A stretch of DNA of 64,000 nucleotides. Origin: Macrostomum lignano (taxonomy: Eukaryota). The stretch's first letter is position 1; the number at the start of each line of letters is the position of its first letter. Shown here piece after piece: positions 36,951 through 47,757 of this stretch. The DNA lies in assembly GCA_002269645.1 (NCBI GenBank), contig NIVC01001233.1, positions 1 to 64,000 of the forward strand, in the 5' to 3' direction. A program made the position numbers and the translations under genes. The notes below the pieces were generated by a model. The model was given only the letters and a program-made list of their open reading frames with translations. It was not told the DNA's origin and made no database searches.

Positions 36951-38219
36951 CACGGGACGAGTACCCTTCGAAGTGCGCATTGCAAGGTGAAAAACAGGAG
37001 ACAGAGTCTCTTGAGCTATCATCCCTCCAGAGGAGGCAAGTGTGACAAATAGTTCATTCCGCTATTGTGTGCCGGACCCGGGTCCTGGGGGCAACCATTA
37101 ATGGGCCGTTCGTGCGTATTAATTCTGTAACTTTAATTTGAATTTGATGTGAAAGTGCATTTATTTCTGAATAAAACTTTATCTAAATCGAGGTTAAACC
37201 GGCTAGAACTCAGCTGCACATGTGCATGTGAAGCCCCTAAAAGGAAATGCTTTCGAGTTTACAAGCGTACTAGCGTATAATTCCTTTGTGTGCTGGGAAA
37301 GGCTTTATTGTTTTCTCTGATTTCGTACAGTCACTTCCACTGCACCTGCTGCTTTTCATGGGAACGAACCAAAAACTCCGCCCAGGACACTAGTGAACAG
37401 ATCGGCTAAGCTAAAATTGGCAGTGTTCCACTGCGCAACCCGTGCCTATAACGCACAGCTTAAACTTGTTCGTCAGCCGTTCTTGGAAAAATAAACGTTT
37501 CCTGTGCAACACAGCTACCCAACTGTACATACGCTTTATGCTTGAGTCACGCGATACGAGCTACTCTGGATAAGAGAGAGCTGGAGGCCGAGCGAGTGAC
37601 GTTGAAATTACGCATCGATTCAGCTCGGAGCGCAATGCTGTGGGGTTGCGCCATTTCAACTGAGTTCGAAATACTAGTATGCTCTAGAGCAGAGCTACAA
37701 CCAGAGTTGTTCTGCTTCAAAATCATCTTCATCAATTCTTTAGTGCATGTAAAATCGACGTCAGCAGTGACAAACCATCCATGGTTCCCCAATACCATAA
37801 AATTACGGGCAATGCGTTTTTATTGAGCGTATCACAGATATCGCAGGAAGGCAGCGGTCGAGTCCGTCGCAGATTTATTTGTGGGAATGCTGGTTTGATT
37901 TGCAAACAATTCAAGCCTGTATTAGCATAATTAACATACGACTAGTAAATACATGCAAATTGAACATTTCTTACAAACTATTGCCACATAGTAGGAGCAG
38001 TGGAGCATGCAATGCTGAATGCCATCTGGTATAGCAAAGACACGGGAAGATTATCGCAGAGAGGATGTTAAGTTCTTCATGTACTACTTTATGTACAGAA
38101 ATTATTACACAGAAGTCATAGGCAAATAGTATGCAAATATTGTAGATCCTTAATACAAGTGCAGCGGTGAGTTTTAGAAGAGCTTTATAAAAATAGGTCA
38201 TATAGGGGGTTCAGCCGTG

Positions 38220-38948
38220 TCACGCGCAGGTCAGCACACAGCCTCCGTGAACCGGCTCGCTCAGTGCTGTCCACGAGATAAGCGGCTGCTGCTGCTGCTG
38301 CTGGCCGCCGAGGCTCAGGCTCAGCGACACCACCGGCTGACTGCGGCTCAGCCGGGCAGCCTCTGCCGGGGACAGGGGAATGATGGAGATGCCGATGCTC
38401 GATGCTTGGTCCGTCACCTGTTGCTGCTGCTGCTGCTGTTGAGTTCCGTGTTCCAGGTAAGGCCGCTTGCCGGGTTCCGATCCTGCAGCTTCGTTGTCGA
38501 TCGCAATTGAAGCAGACCGCTTCAGTTTTTGCCTTCGTAGTTGCTGCTGTTGCCGCTGCCGCTGCTGCCGCTGCTGATGCTGCTCCAGATTTTGCTGCTC
38601 CAGCTTCTGCTGCTCCAGCTTCTGTTGCTCCATCTGCTGCTGCTCCAGCTTCTGTTGCTCCATCTGCTGCTGCTCCAGCTTTTGCTGCTCCAGCTGCTGC
38701 ATCTGCTGCTGCTCAAGCTGTCTAGCCTGCTGTTGCTGCATCTTAGCAGCCAGCAGACTGTCTCGCGCTTTACACAGCGTGTTGGCTAGAAGAAGATTCT
38801 GTCTAAGATCAACTCCACCTTTCCGTCTGCGAGAATCACCGATTTTTGCGACTGACCATTGCAAGATCTTGTAGGCAAACTCAGGCTCTACCTCCGAGTT
38901 GTTTTGGCCAGCTGAAAGGGCCGTCTGCTGCTCCGACTGCTGCTGCAT
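38220..38948 (-). CDS. Immediate early response (IER2/IER5-like) family protein, single exon, 242 aa, Gln-rich
   Basis: EFAYKILQWSVAKIGDSRRRKGGVDLRQNLLLANTLCKARDSLL aligns by eye with the IER N-terminal motif (EAQRIMxLSVWKMYxSRxQRGGxxLHRSLxLSLVMRSARELY). It is followed by (LEQQK/MEQQK) repeats, polyQ and basic clusters (KLKR, KRPY). Confidence 0.7.
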   Translation of the reverse strand: MQQQSEQQTALSAGQNNSEVEPEFAYKILQWSVAKIGDSRRRKGGVDLRQNLLLANTLCKARDSLLAAKMQQQQARQLEQQQMQQLEQQKLEQQQMEQQKLEQQQMEQQKLEQQKLEQQNLEQHQQRQQRQRQQQQLRRQKLKRSASIAIDNEAAGSEPGKRPYLEHGTQQQQQQQQVTDQASSIGISIIPLSPAEAARLSRSQPVVSLSLSLGGQQQQQQPLISWTALSEPVHGGCVLTCA

Positions 38949-39029
38949 TGCTGCTAATCTTTTAGGTCCTGTCGCAAGCGTAGCGCAAACTTTGAAAGGC
39001 CTTGTGGCCAGTTCCCTTAATCGGCTAGC

Positions 39030-39108
39030 TTTATATCTCTGACGCGGAGCTTTGGCTTGATGTGCGGCACAGATGCTAAATTTAGCTCAAGCCAACTGCA
39101 CTGAGTCA
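39030..39108 (-). promoter_or_regulatory. Proximal promoter of the IER-like gene
   Basis: TATAAA at 39030-39035 (82 nt above the ATG), CRE-like TGACGC at 39040-39045 and a perfect AP-1 site TGAGTCA at 39102-39108. Confidence 0.55.
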
Positions 39109-39904
39109 TCGACCTCGCCTTGCTCGTGGACTGCACGTTGGAAATGAGGCCAACCCCTTCCCCTGGTGAGGCTTGCTGGCTCAGCCACCCCTCCTGACCC
39201 TATAAGGGAATCCGGGCCTCGGTTCTGGTTGGCTGCAGAGGCTGATACTAAAAATAGACAGCTAGCCAACCCCTCAAATGAAAGCGCTCTGCCCTGCACT
39301 GAATCAGCAGGGGTGAAACCGGTTCTTGCTAGTTTCAGTCCTGCAATGTTTGGCGTGTCCGAGGAAAGACTGCCTGTGTACTGAGGGGGAGTCAGCTGCC
39401 AAGGCGCCCACCTCCGTCACCATTGCCAACCTGTTCAACCCCCTCCGCTGCTACCCTCTGCACTCTATCTATACTGGAACTGAGGCGATGGGAAATATGA
39501 ATTTGTGTACTGTGCATGCCTCTCTCTGTGTGGGCGGTGCTACGCTCGTAGATTCAGAAGCGTGGCAGGGGGCAGAGGACACCCAACGATTTCCTGCCAA
39601 AGCCCCCGCGTCGCTATTTGCCTGTTTTTGCCTGCGTTGCCCCCCTTCTGACTCAGTTCTCATTCCTGCCCCTTGCGCACTTGAAGAGCTGTGTGTACAG
39701 CCTCGCCCTCACCCCGCTGTACAGTCAACCCGTTCCACACATGGGTTTGCTAGAACTTTTCGTGATTTCGTCACAAATTGCTAAGAATAGCGATTGCAGC
39801 TTGGCTTACCTCGACAGATGCAAGAGCTGCTATTGCGAGCCTGACTGAAATAGCAGCAGCACAGCCTTCATCCTAGTCAAGGGGCGCTTCTTTGCCCTGC
39901 GCAA

Positions 39905-40320
39905 GTGCCGGATCCAAGATTTTGCCGGGGGGGGGGGGTCAGTCCCCTCGAGCTCCGAGTTTGAGATACTTTTAAGCAATTTAACTACGAAAAGACTAAC
40001 GAAAAATAATTTTTTGTCCCGGGGGTCACAACAGCCCCCTTTAATTTTCTCAGGGTGGGGGGGGGTCAGTTGACCCCTTGACCCCCATGGTTCCGGCAGT
40101 GAGTTCAAACTCTAAGCTTGAGATACTTTCAAGCAATGTAACTACGAAAGGGCAAGCGAACGAAATAATTCTGTTTCTCGTAGGATCATGACCCCCCCTA
40201 ATTATCTGGGTGGGTCAGCCGACCCCCTTGACCCCCCCCCAGCTCAGAGTTTGAGATACTTTTAAGCAACTACAAAATGACTAACTAAAAAAATTCGGTG
40301 TCCCTGGGGGAGTCAGTGAA
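39905..40320. repeat. Three degenerate ~150-bp units with G/C runs
   Basis: ttgagatacttt(t/c)aagcaa..actac.aaa..gac.aac.aa.aa.aatt recurs at ~39960, ~40118 and ~40250, flanked by ggggtca/tgacccc; possibly a transposon-derived satellite. Confidence 0.65.
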
Positions 40321-40829
40321 TGCAAACGGAATCAGACCATTTCAAACTGGATAAGGTTTGGAAGAAAGAACCCGACTCCAGAATAAATTAGATTTTATTG
40401 ATTATTAATGACACTTAAACAATTGAGCTAAAGCAGCAACAATTGCAAAGGAGTTTATAACAATTTCAAAATATCAGAATATTTCATATTTTGTTCGTCC
40501 GTATACTTCTCGAAGATATCTCTTGCACTTATAAGTGCCTCTGTGCTAATAGATAGGCCTCGGCCAAATTCAGCCAGGACATATGCGATTTGTATTTGCA
40601 CCCACCATCGATTGCTCCTGACAGAGCTACTTATACTACTTATATAATCAGAGGGGAGTAGAAACGCTTGAATTTTTGTTCTGCAACGCAGGAATTCAAT
40701 CTCCAGGCTCAAGACTTGATTCGAGATCTCTGTGTATTCGTTCGCAAGCTTCACAGGCAGCAAGGGGATCGAATAACACGTTTAAAGCTAAAAATTTTAA
40801 TTTTTGCTGGAAGGCTGGCGCTGAGGCAA

Positions 40830-41075
40830 ACAGCCCGTTCCGCTGACCCCTGAGCACATACATGTACAGGCACAAGCGCGCCAATACTGTACTCAGGCAC
40901 GCACTCACACACACGCTCACACAGGGTGTACAGCGGCCCTTTGAATTTCTAATCGCCAGGCATGAGCACTCTCTGTGCCTTGGGGGTTGGCCCTCATGGC
41001 TTTGAATCGCATCACAACCTCCTTATGCGGTCATTTTTCGTGCCTGTAGCCGTGCGCACGGAATCGTCACAGGCA
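40830..41075 (-). mobile_element. SINE family 2 copy (head truncated)
   Basis: cacacacgctcacacagg..cggccc..ttctaatcgccaggcatg..ctctgtgccttgggggttggccctcatg..tgaatcgc matches 20770-20870. Confidence 0.65.
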
Positions 41076-42120
41076 AAAAAGCTCACACGGGCCATCTGTC
41101 AAAGAGCACAAGAGACTAGCGACCCAATGTAGCTTTTGTTGGTTTATTGAATATAAATTCAGTAAAGCACTGAATTTGGCTGGCAAATATGAACCAAATA
41201 GAGGCAAAAAACTATAAGGGAGCACTGCTCAGCGGTTACGACTACACTGCAGAACCCCTAGAGAAATATTTGAGGCAAGCAGCGAGTGGCTCAGAGGTTT
41301 TCTCAACAGCCTGCAAAACATCGGGGATGGAATGGCGCAGTCGCAGCCCTTCCCCATTTTCCGCAGCCCTGAACGCTTTGTTCGCTCGAGTGGCGGCCCA
41401 AATCCTGGCATTGAGCTGAGGGCAAAAGATGATGAAAAAGGGAGTCTTTGCAAAAATAGCGAGGCCGGACGCGCCCGGGAGGAAGCGCGAAAACAGATTG
41501 AAGGCCTGAATAGGTGGGGGAGCCAGCGTGCCCGCATCCATAAGCCGTCACTTTCTCCTCCGTTAAGTGCGGACAGTTTAGGTTGAACCGGGCAACAGCA
41601 CTGCTATATATAATGCGCTCGACAAAAGAAATTGATGGTGGCGCTTCTGCAGGTCGGAAAAGTTGTCCATCGCCTGTCCCGGCCATTTCCAGCTTCTTTA
41701 GGTTGCCCCGCGCACACTTGGGAAAAGCGATGCAGGAGAGACCAGCGATCAGCAGCCGGGGCACCGACTCCGCCGCCGGCATTCCAGCCTTGCTGACCAC
41801 AGCTTCCAATGGTGAGCGATATTCCACTTTTCTACTCAGTGAGCTCTAGGAATTGTTTCACGGTGAAGTCTTATTTGCTGCAAGAGGCAAAGATTACAGG
41901 CTGTAGCTAAACGTACATAGCTTTAGTATCGCTTTGACGATCTGAATGGGAATTTGGACAATAGCATTCAAGCCAGGCCACAGATCCCAACCCTAGTCAT
42001 GGACTTGATCAGTTTAGCAAAGTCCACTGAGGGAGGCTTGGCCATAGACTATAACTTTGGACATTCAATATGGGAAAAATATGAGACTGAGATTTTATAG
42101 CCTGAAAGCGACCCCATTCA

Positions 42121-42385
42121 ATGGTGCCACCAATTCCTGTAGCAGATCGCCAGCGGCTAATTGATGCGATTGAACAAGGGTCATCCATCGCAGGAGCTGC
42201 AAGAATCTTGCAAATCAAGAAAACAACCGCATTCCAAATCGCTGCCAACTTTCGACTCGATGGCAGAGTGGAATCCCTTCCTCGCGGTGGTCGGAAAGGA
42301 TTTTTGCAAGGCCGATCAGGAAATGAGAGAATTCTTGGTTGAGAAACTCGATGAAAATCCTTTCCTGACGCTCAAGGAGTTCTGA
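42121..42385 (+). pseudogene. Tc1/IS630-like transposase N-terminal HTH remnant
   Basis: DRQRLIDAIEQGSSIAGAARILQIKKTTAFQI..GRVESLPRGGR, then after a frameshift EMREFLVEKLDENPFLTLKEF*. No catalytic domain follows. Confidence 0.68.
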
Positions 42386-42753
42386 GTTACTTTTGTTTTG
42401 TTTCCGCCATCGGACACTTTGTTTGCTTTTAAATATTCCAGTGGCCCTGAGATATAAAAACACATTGAATTGGGCGAATTCTCATTTAGATCGTCAAAAG
42501 CAATAGCAATTCAGCTCTTGCTCAGAACGCGCCGGGTGAGTGAGAGAGCGAGCTTCCCATGGAAGTCTAGTTCTCAAGAATGAAATGCAATGCAACATGG
42601 AAATGCGCGCTTGTTCCTATGTCCGGTCAGGATTCTGAGAGCCTGTTATGGACAGTGAAGTACAGTGTGCACTTATTCCAAAGTCGGGAAGAGCTGAATG
42701 CAAGCTAGAATATTCAGAAAAGAACATCGACAGCTATTAGTTCCACCTTCCAG

Positions 42754-43984
42754 ACCAGCTCCCCAGTGATTGGATTGAGAACGGCAGTGAGAGCATCGGG
42801 TATCGCGACGGCGTCAGTGATGACAGCAACAGCCTGGGTGTCCGGCTATGCCAGCTGGCACTAGTAGCCGGCAGCACTGTACTCATTGTACTCACATTTC
42901 CTCTGTCCGTATGGCTCTGCGTTCGAGTTGTGCAGCAGTATGAGCGGGCCGTAATTTACCGGTTTGGACGCGTTCGCGGAGCCAGAGGTGAGCTCATTGG
43001 TGAGTAATTGATAAATCTGGATAACAACAGCTATAAAACGCCACCTTGCAAGGCCCGGGCTTGTATTTCGTCCACGCGCTGATCGACAGCGTTCACGTGA
43101 TGGACCTGCGCACAGTGACGTTCAACATTCCACCGCAGGAGATTCTCACTCGCGACTCCGTCACCATCTCGGTAGACGCAGTTGTCTACTACCGAATATT
43201 CGACCCGGTGAAATCCAGCGTTGTAGTGTGCGACGTCCATCGGGCGACAAGGCTGATGGCGCAGACAACGCTGCGCAACACGCTGGGCACCAAGTCACTG
43301 CACGAGATTCTCAGCGAGAAGAGTGCCATCGCGCTGGCCATGCAGGATAGCCTGGATGCTGCCACCGACCCGTGGGGAGTCAAGGCGAGTTGGGGAGCAC
43401 AATGCCTTTCCCAGAGTCTGATGAGTAGTCAAAGCAGCAGAAAGTTTCAATAAAATCTTGTGTTGGCTTTGAAATCTCTTGCCAAACTATGTAATATACT
43501 GTACGAGTTAGACATTAACTATAACAATTTTATGGGAAAAATAACTCTGATCCCTCATTAATAGACTTCTTTGAGTTTAGGAGCTTACAAGTGTATTTAT
43601 CACTCTGTACTACTGTTAGCAATCTAGCATGCATTTTCATCCTCTTCAATGCCTCTTGCATGTCAGGTAGAGCGAGTCGAAGTCCGGGACGCTCGCCTGC
43701 CCGTGCTGATGCAGCGCGCCATGGCTGTAGAGGCGGAGGCGCAGCGCGAAGCGAACGCCAGCGTGATCGCAGCGGAGGGCGAGCTGACGGCCGCCCTGAC
43801 GTTACGCGAAGCCGCTGCGGTCATCGGGCGCACGCCGATGGGCGCGCGGCTTCGCTACCTGCAGACTCTGGGCGCCATCGCGGTGGAGAAGCAGTCTACC
43901 GTCCTGTTTCTTATGCCCCTCCAGTTGATGTTGGATAAAAAGGCGTGCCAGGCTGTCGAGGCCATGCAGATGGAGGCTGACTGA
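42754..43984 (+). CDS. Stomatin/band-7 (SPFH) family protein; exons 42754-42987, 43053-43384, 43667-43984; start exon not resolved
   Basis: LCQLALV..VLTFPLSVWLCVRVVQQYERAVIYRFGR..G|PGLYFV..DLRTVTFNIPPQEILTRDSVTISVDAVVYYRI..AQTTLRNTLG..WGVK|VERVEVRD..QRAMAVEAEA..A.VI.AEGE..LRYLQTL. The first acceptor needs a phase-1 upstream exon (candidates near 42620-42655). Confidence 0.9.
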
Positions 43985-45550
43985 AGCATTCTTGAAGCAA
44001 CCACAGCGAAATTAGTGGCAGTTAATTTATGGCAATAACTCTGGACATTTAGTAAGTCTGGAATGATGCTCAAGTCGGCTTGGTTTAAGGTTTAAGGTTT
44101 AAGGAGTCCTTGTTTGATAATTAAATAAATGCGTGTGTTTGTTGGATTGTGCGCTAGACAACTCAAGGTCTCTGGAGCGATATTAACAAAAATGAACTCT
44201 TAAAATATCTGCAGATCGAGTAGGTGGTTTATTTAATTATAGAAGGGACTTTAGTTGATAAATAAAATACAGAAGTTAAACTAAGAACTACTTCGTTTGC
44301 GAAAAATGACGGACGAAAATTTACAAGTGAAAATAGAGAGAATTACGATATATTGAATGTTTAGTCACTATGTCTTAATTATGAATTATCGTAACAGCTG
44401 GGTTGCATCAACATTCGAGAAGTACAGTTGGGATAATTCAGAGGCGGGAAAGGGCAGTCTGTTGCATGCGAATGACAAAAAATAGCCATGAGATGAAAAT
44501 ATGCATATTTATATGACGCAAAATTGGACAGGAAATGACGAGACGCTGACGTGGGAATGCCGGGGCCGACATCAGGCCGAGCACGATAGCCATTATGTCC
44601 CCAAGGATCGCAATCCGGACTCAAGCCTGGTCTGAGGAGAGCAGGCCGTGTGTCATCAGTCGCCCCTTCCAAACAGACGTCTTACTTAGAGTTACGCAGA
44701 TACAGAATTTAGACACTGGATTACAAAATGAGAACTGCTCACGGCATCGAGTATTGCAATAACAGTTCTGCCGCTATTATTCTTGAAAAATGGCTATTTT
44801 TGAAATCAAACAACATTTACCTCAGTGTCACCCAGAGTCTGGGAGATCAGCATGACTTCACAAACAGAAAAACAGAAACATACAACATAAAACGTTCAGT
44901 TTTCTACATTATGCATATTGAAATTGAGTAATATTATTGTCAAATTCACTTCATACAGCTTCTAATTGAAAACAAAATTATATTGCATGCAGCATGAGAC
45001 ATCTGCTGAGCAGAAATCGCTGATACACAATTGATCACCTCTGCGGATGAGGCGCGGGCAATGCAAAAAAGATTCGCCTCGCAGAGCATATCTGCTCAGT
45101 TTAAGTGAATTTGCATTTCATTGGCAAGCAGCGAGCTTGCTTCAGAAATCTGTACAGAGTTGAGCTCCGAGGCTTGGCTCTAAAGAAAAATTAGGATTTC
45201 AGCTCAGGCCCTAACGAGTCTGCTAGCGCAGGGCCAGAGATAGGCTTCGGTAATTAGGTTCCTTCCTGGAGATGCAGGGCCGAAGGAAATAGATCCGCAT
45301 GCTGCTGCCTGAGCCAATGAGATGCTTATTCTGATTTAGCCTATAGAATATCAGTTTCTTGCGAATGGTTACTTAAAAATACGTATATCACAGCATAATG
45401 GGTGCACATGCTTCTATAGTATAAGAACACCTAGCTATAATAACAAAAAACTGTACAGGTAAAAATGGTAGCGAATTTGGTCGGTTCCATCGTCAATTCC
45501 TCCGGGTCATTTTATCCACCTAGCTGTGCTTGTTAGTCATTCTCCTCCCA

Positions 45551-46984
45551 TTAGTCCTCATCGCTCTCGTGACGCAGAAGCGTGTGCTGGGCCTGAAGTT
45601 CGGCTTCTTTCTCAATCGGTTCCTCGTAGACAGTGGCTGCCACCAGCGCTTCGGTGGCGATGGCGGAGACGGAGGCGGCTTCGGGTTTGGCTGCCGTTGG
45701 CGAGCCCGGCTCCCGATAGCGCAGCGAGGCTGGGTGGGTGCGCGAATGCAGCGAATACATCTGGGCCCGCTCGGCCCTGGCGCGGGTTGACTGATCATCG
45801 GCGGAGCAGCGGAGCGTCACTATCAGGCGAAAGTACGTCTTGAACTTTGAGCTTACCAGCACTAGGCAGATGGGATTGATGGCACTGTTAGCAAAGCCGA
45901 GCAGCGTTGCCAGAGGCAGCAGGGCCGTCACAAGGAAGCCGTCGCCATCGTTGGGACTGTTAATAGCACTGGCCGCGGCCGCCGCCGCCGATGTGCCATT
46001 TGCGATGCCAGTCCCATCGATGAGATCGGGTTGCTTTCCAGGGTAGCGCAGGTCAATGAGCAGATTGACGATATGGTAGGGCAGCCAGCAGATGGCGAAT
46101 GACACCAGCAGAGCCACCATCATGCGGCTGGCGCGGATGCGGCTCTGTCGGGCCGTTCTGGCGCTTCGCTGATTGGTGGCGGCAGCCGCGCTGCCCTCGG
46201 CCAGGCGGGCGGTGGACACGACCAGAGAACGGCCGAGTTTGCAGTAGAACACAGTCATGGCGCTCAACGGGATCACGTAGAGGGCGAATAAAAGAAAGAG
46301 CGTGTATCCCGTTCTGCGACTTTGCGACGACTGCCAGTCCTCGACGCAAGAGTGTACAGTAAGCAGCCAGAAGACTTTCTGCTCCTTTTGCACGTAGGCC
46401 ATTGGTGTCGGACTGCACAGCAGCATGGAGAGCAGCCAGATGCCGGCCAGCCACAGGCACATGGCGCGGTTCGTAAGCGCCCCCTTGGCAGTCATGGGGA
46501 AACGGATGAGTACGTAGCGTTTAATCGACATGGAGGCCAGAGAGCAGATGGAAACAGACACAGAGACGCCCTGCACAAACGGAGCCAGTTTGCACAGCGC
46601 AGCCCCGAATATCCAGCGCGAGTTGACGATGCTGTAGGCAGTGAGCGGTAGGCAGACTACGAAGACGAGCACATCGCTGATGGCCAGGTTCAGCAGGAAC
46701 ATGTTTGTTCTGGATCGCATTGCCGGGAACAGAGCCACGCTGAGAATGACCAGGCAATTGCCGACAAACCCGACACTGAATAGGAGACAGAACAGCAGCA
46801 CCAGTGGCACTTTGACATGCAAACTGCGGCCAAGCATCTGGTTGGTGAGAAAGTCCTGACAGAAGGCCAGGTTTTTGCGGGCGAGGTCCTCAGTGAGTGT
46901 GCACTGGTAGATCTGCAAGAGGTCTTCTCCGAGCGGATTGGTAAGGTTGAGGCCAGCAATGCTGGCATTTCCGCTGGCGGCCAT
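45551..46984 (-). CDS. Rhodopsin-class neuropeptide GPCR (RFamide/SIFamide/orexin-allatotropin-like), intronless, ~477 aa
   Basis: Seven hydrophobic segments; GN in TM1, MRSRTNMFLLNLAISD, WIFG..CK, QGVSVSVS, CVEDW, FAICWLP, NSAINP and SSKF. N-terminal sequons NAS and NLT follow Met 46984. The ligand class is inference. Confidence 0.92.
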   Translation of the reverse strand: MAASGNASIAGLNLTNPLGEDLLQIYQCTLTEDLARKNLAFCQDFLTNQMLGRSLHVKVPLVLLFCLLFSVGFVGNCLVILSVALFPAMRSRTNMFLLNLAISDVLVFVVCLPLTAYSIVNSRWIFGAALCKLAPFVQGVSVSVSICSLASMSIKRYVLIRFPMTAKGALTNRAMCLWLAGIWLLSMLLCSPTPMAYVQKEQKVFWLLTVHSCVEDWQSSQSRRTGYTLFLLFALYVIPLSAMTVFYCKLGRSLVVSTARLAEGSAAAATNQRSARTARQSRIRASRMMVALLVSFAICWLPYHIVNLLIDLRYPGKQPDLIDGTGIANGTSAAAAAASAINSPNDGDGFLVTALLPLATLLGFANSAINPICLVLVSSKFKTYFRLIVTLRCSADDQSTRARAERAQMYSLHSRTHPASLRYREPGSPTAAKPEAASVSAIATEALVAATVYEEPIEKEAELQAQHTLLRHESDED

Positions 46985-47269
46985 GGTGCCTGTGATGCTC
47001 TGGAATGCGCTGTCGTTCTGTTTGAGGCGGTAGTACCAGCTGAATAGGGTGACGCAACACTGCAGCTGGAGAGGGTGGTTATAATTTGAGCCGGTCATGA
47101 GTTTTGAGGATATTTTTATTCCCCACATTTGCAAAATCATTTGTTTTATTTGAGAGCAGACTCCAAAATCAAAAGTCATGGTAAAAATTGAAGCGAATAT
47201 GCATGTAGATGCCGCACATAGGGTTCTACCTCACTTGTACAAGTGACGTACTAGAATCCTTTAGAACTA

Positions 47270-47757
47270 GTATCTCTTGGTGCTAGTATCTCTTGGTGCT
47301 AGTATCTCTTGGTGCTAGTATCTCTTGGTGCTAGTATCTCTTGGTGCTAGTATATCTTGGTGCTAGTATCTCTTGGTGCTAGTATCTCTTGGTGCTAGTA
47401 TCTCTTAGTGCTAGTATCTCATGGTGCTAGTATCTCTTGGTGCTAGTATCTCTTGGTGCTAGTATCTCTTGGTGCTAGTATCTCATGGTGCTAGTATCTC
47501 TTGGTGCTAGTATCTCTTGGTGCTAGTATCTCTTGGTGCTAGTATCTCATGGTGCTAGTATCTCTTGGTGCTAGTATCTCATGGTGCTAGTATCTCTTAG
47601 TGCTAGTATCTCTTGGTGCTAGTATCTCTTGGTGCTAGTATCTCTTGGTGCTAGTATCTCTTGGTGCTAGTATCTCTTGGTGCTAGTATCTCTTGGTGCT
47701 AGTATCTCTTGGTGCTAGTATCTCTTATTGCTAGTATCTCTTAGTACTGGTATCTCT
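47270..47757. repeat. 16-bp minisatellite (tgctagtatctcttgg)
   Basis: About 30 highly similar copies, ~290 bp upstream of the GPCR ATG. Confidence 0.96.

Noticed and set aside
40455-40763. 102-aa minus-strand ORF with a protein-like composition
   Set aside because: No ATG start, no recognisable motif, no supporting splice sites, and it overlaps SINE-adjacent DNA.
41240-41830. Possible Tc1/IS630 DDE remnant on the minus strand (FCPQLNARIWAA resembles YSPxLNPIExxW)
   Set aside because: Only one weak motif, no identifiable catalytic Asp residues, and orientation opposite to the HTH remnant; needs a profile search.
46985-47179. 65-codon N-terminal extension of the GPCR ORF
   Set aside because: It is AT-rich, unlike the GC3-rich body. 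Met 46984 followed by N-glycosylation sequons is a more typical start; an acceptor-like ctgcag at ~47062 suggests intron/UTR sequence.
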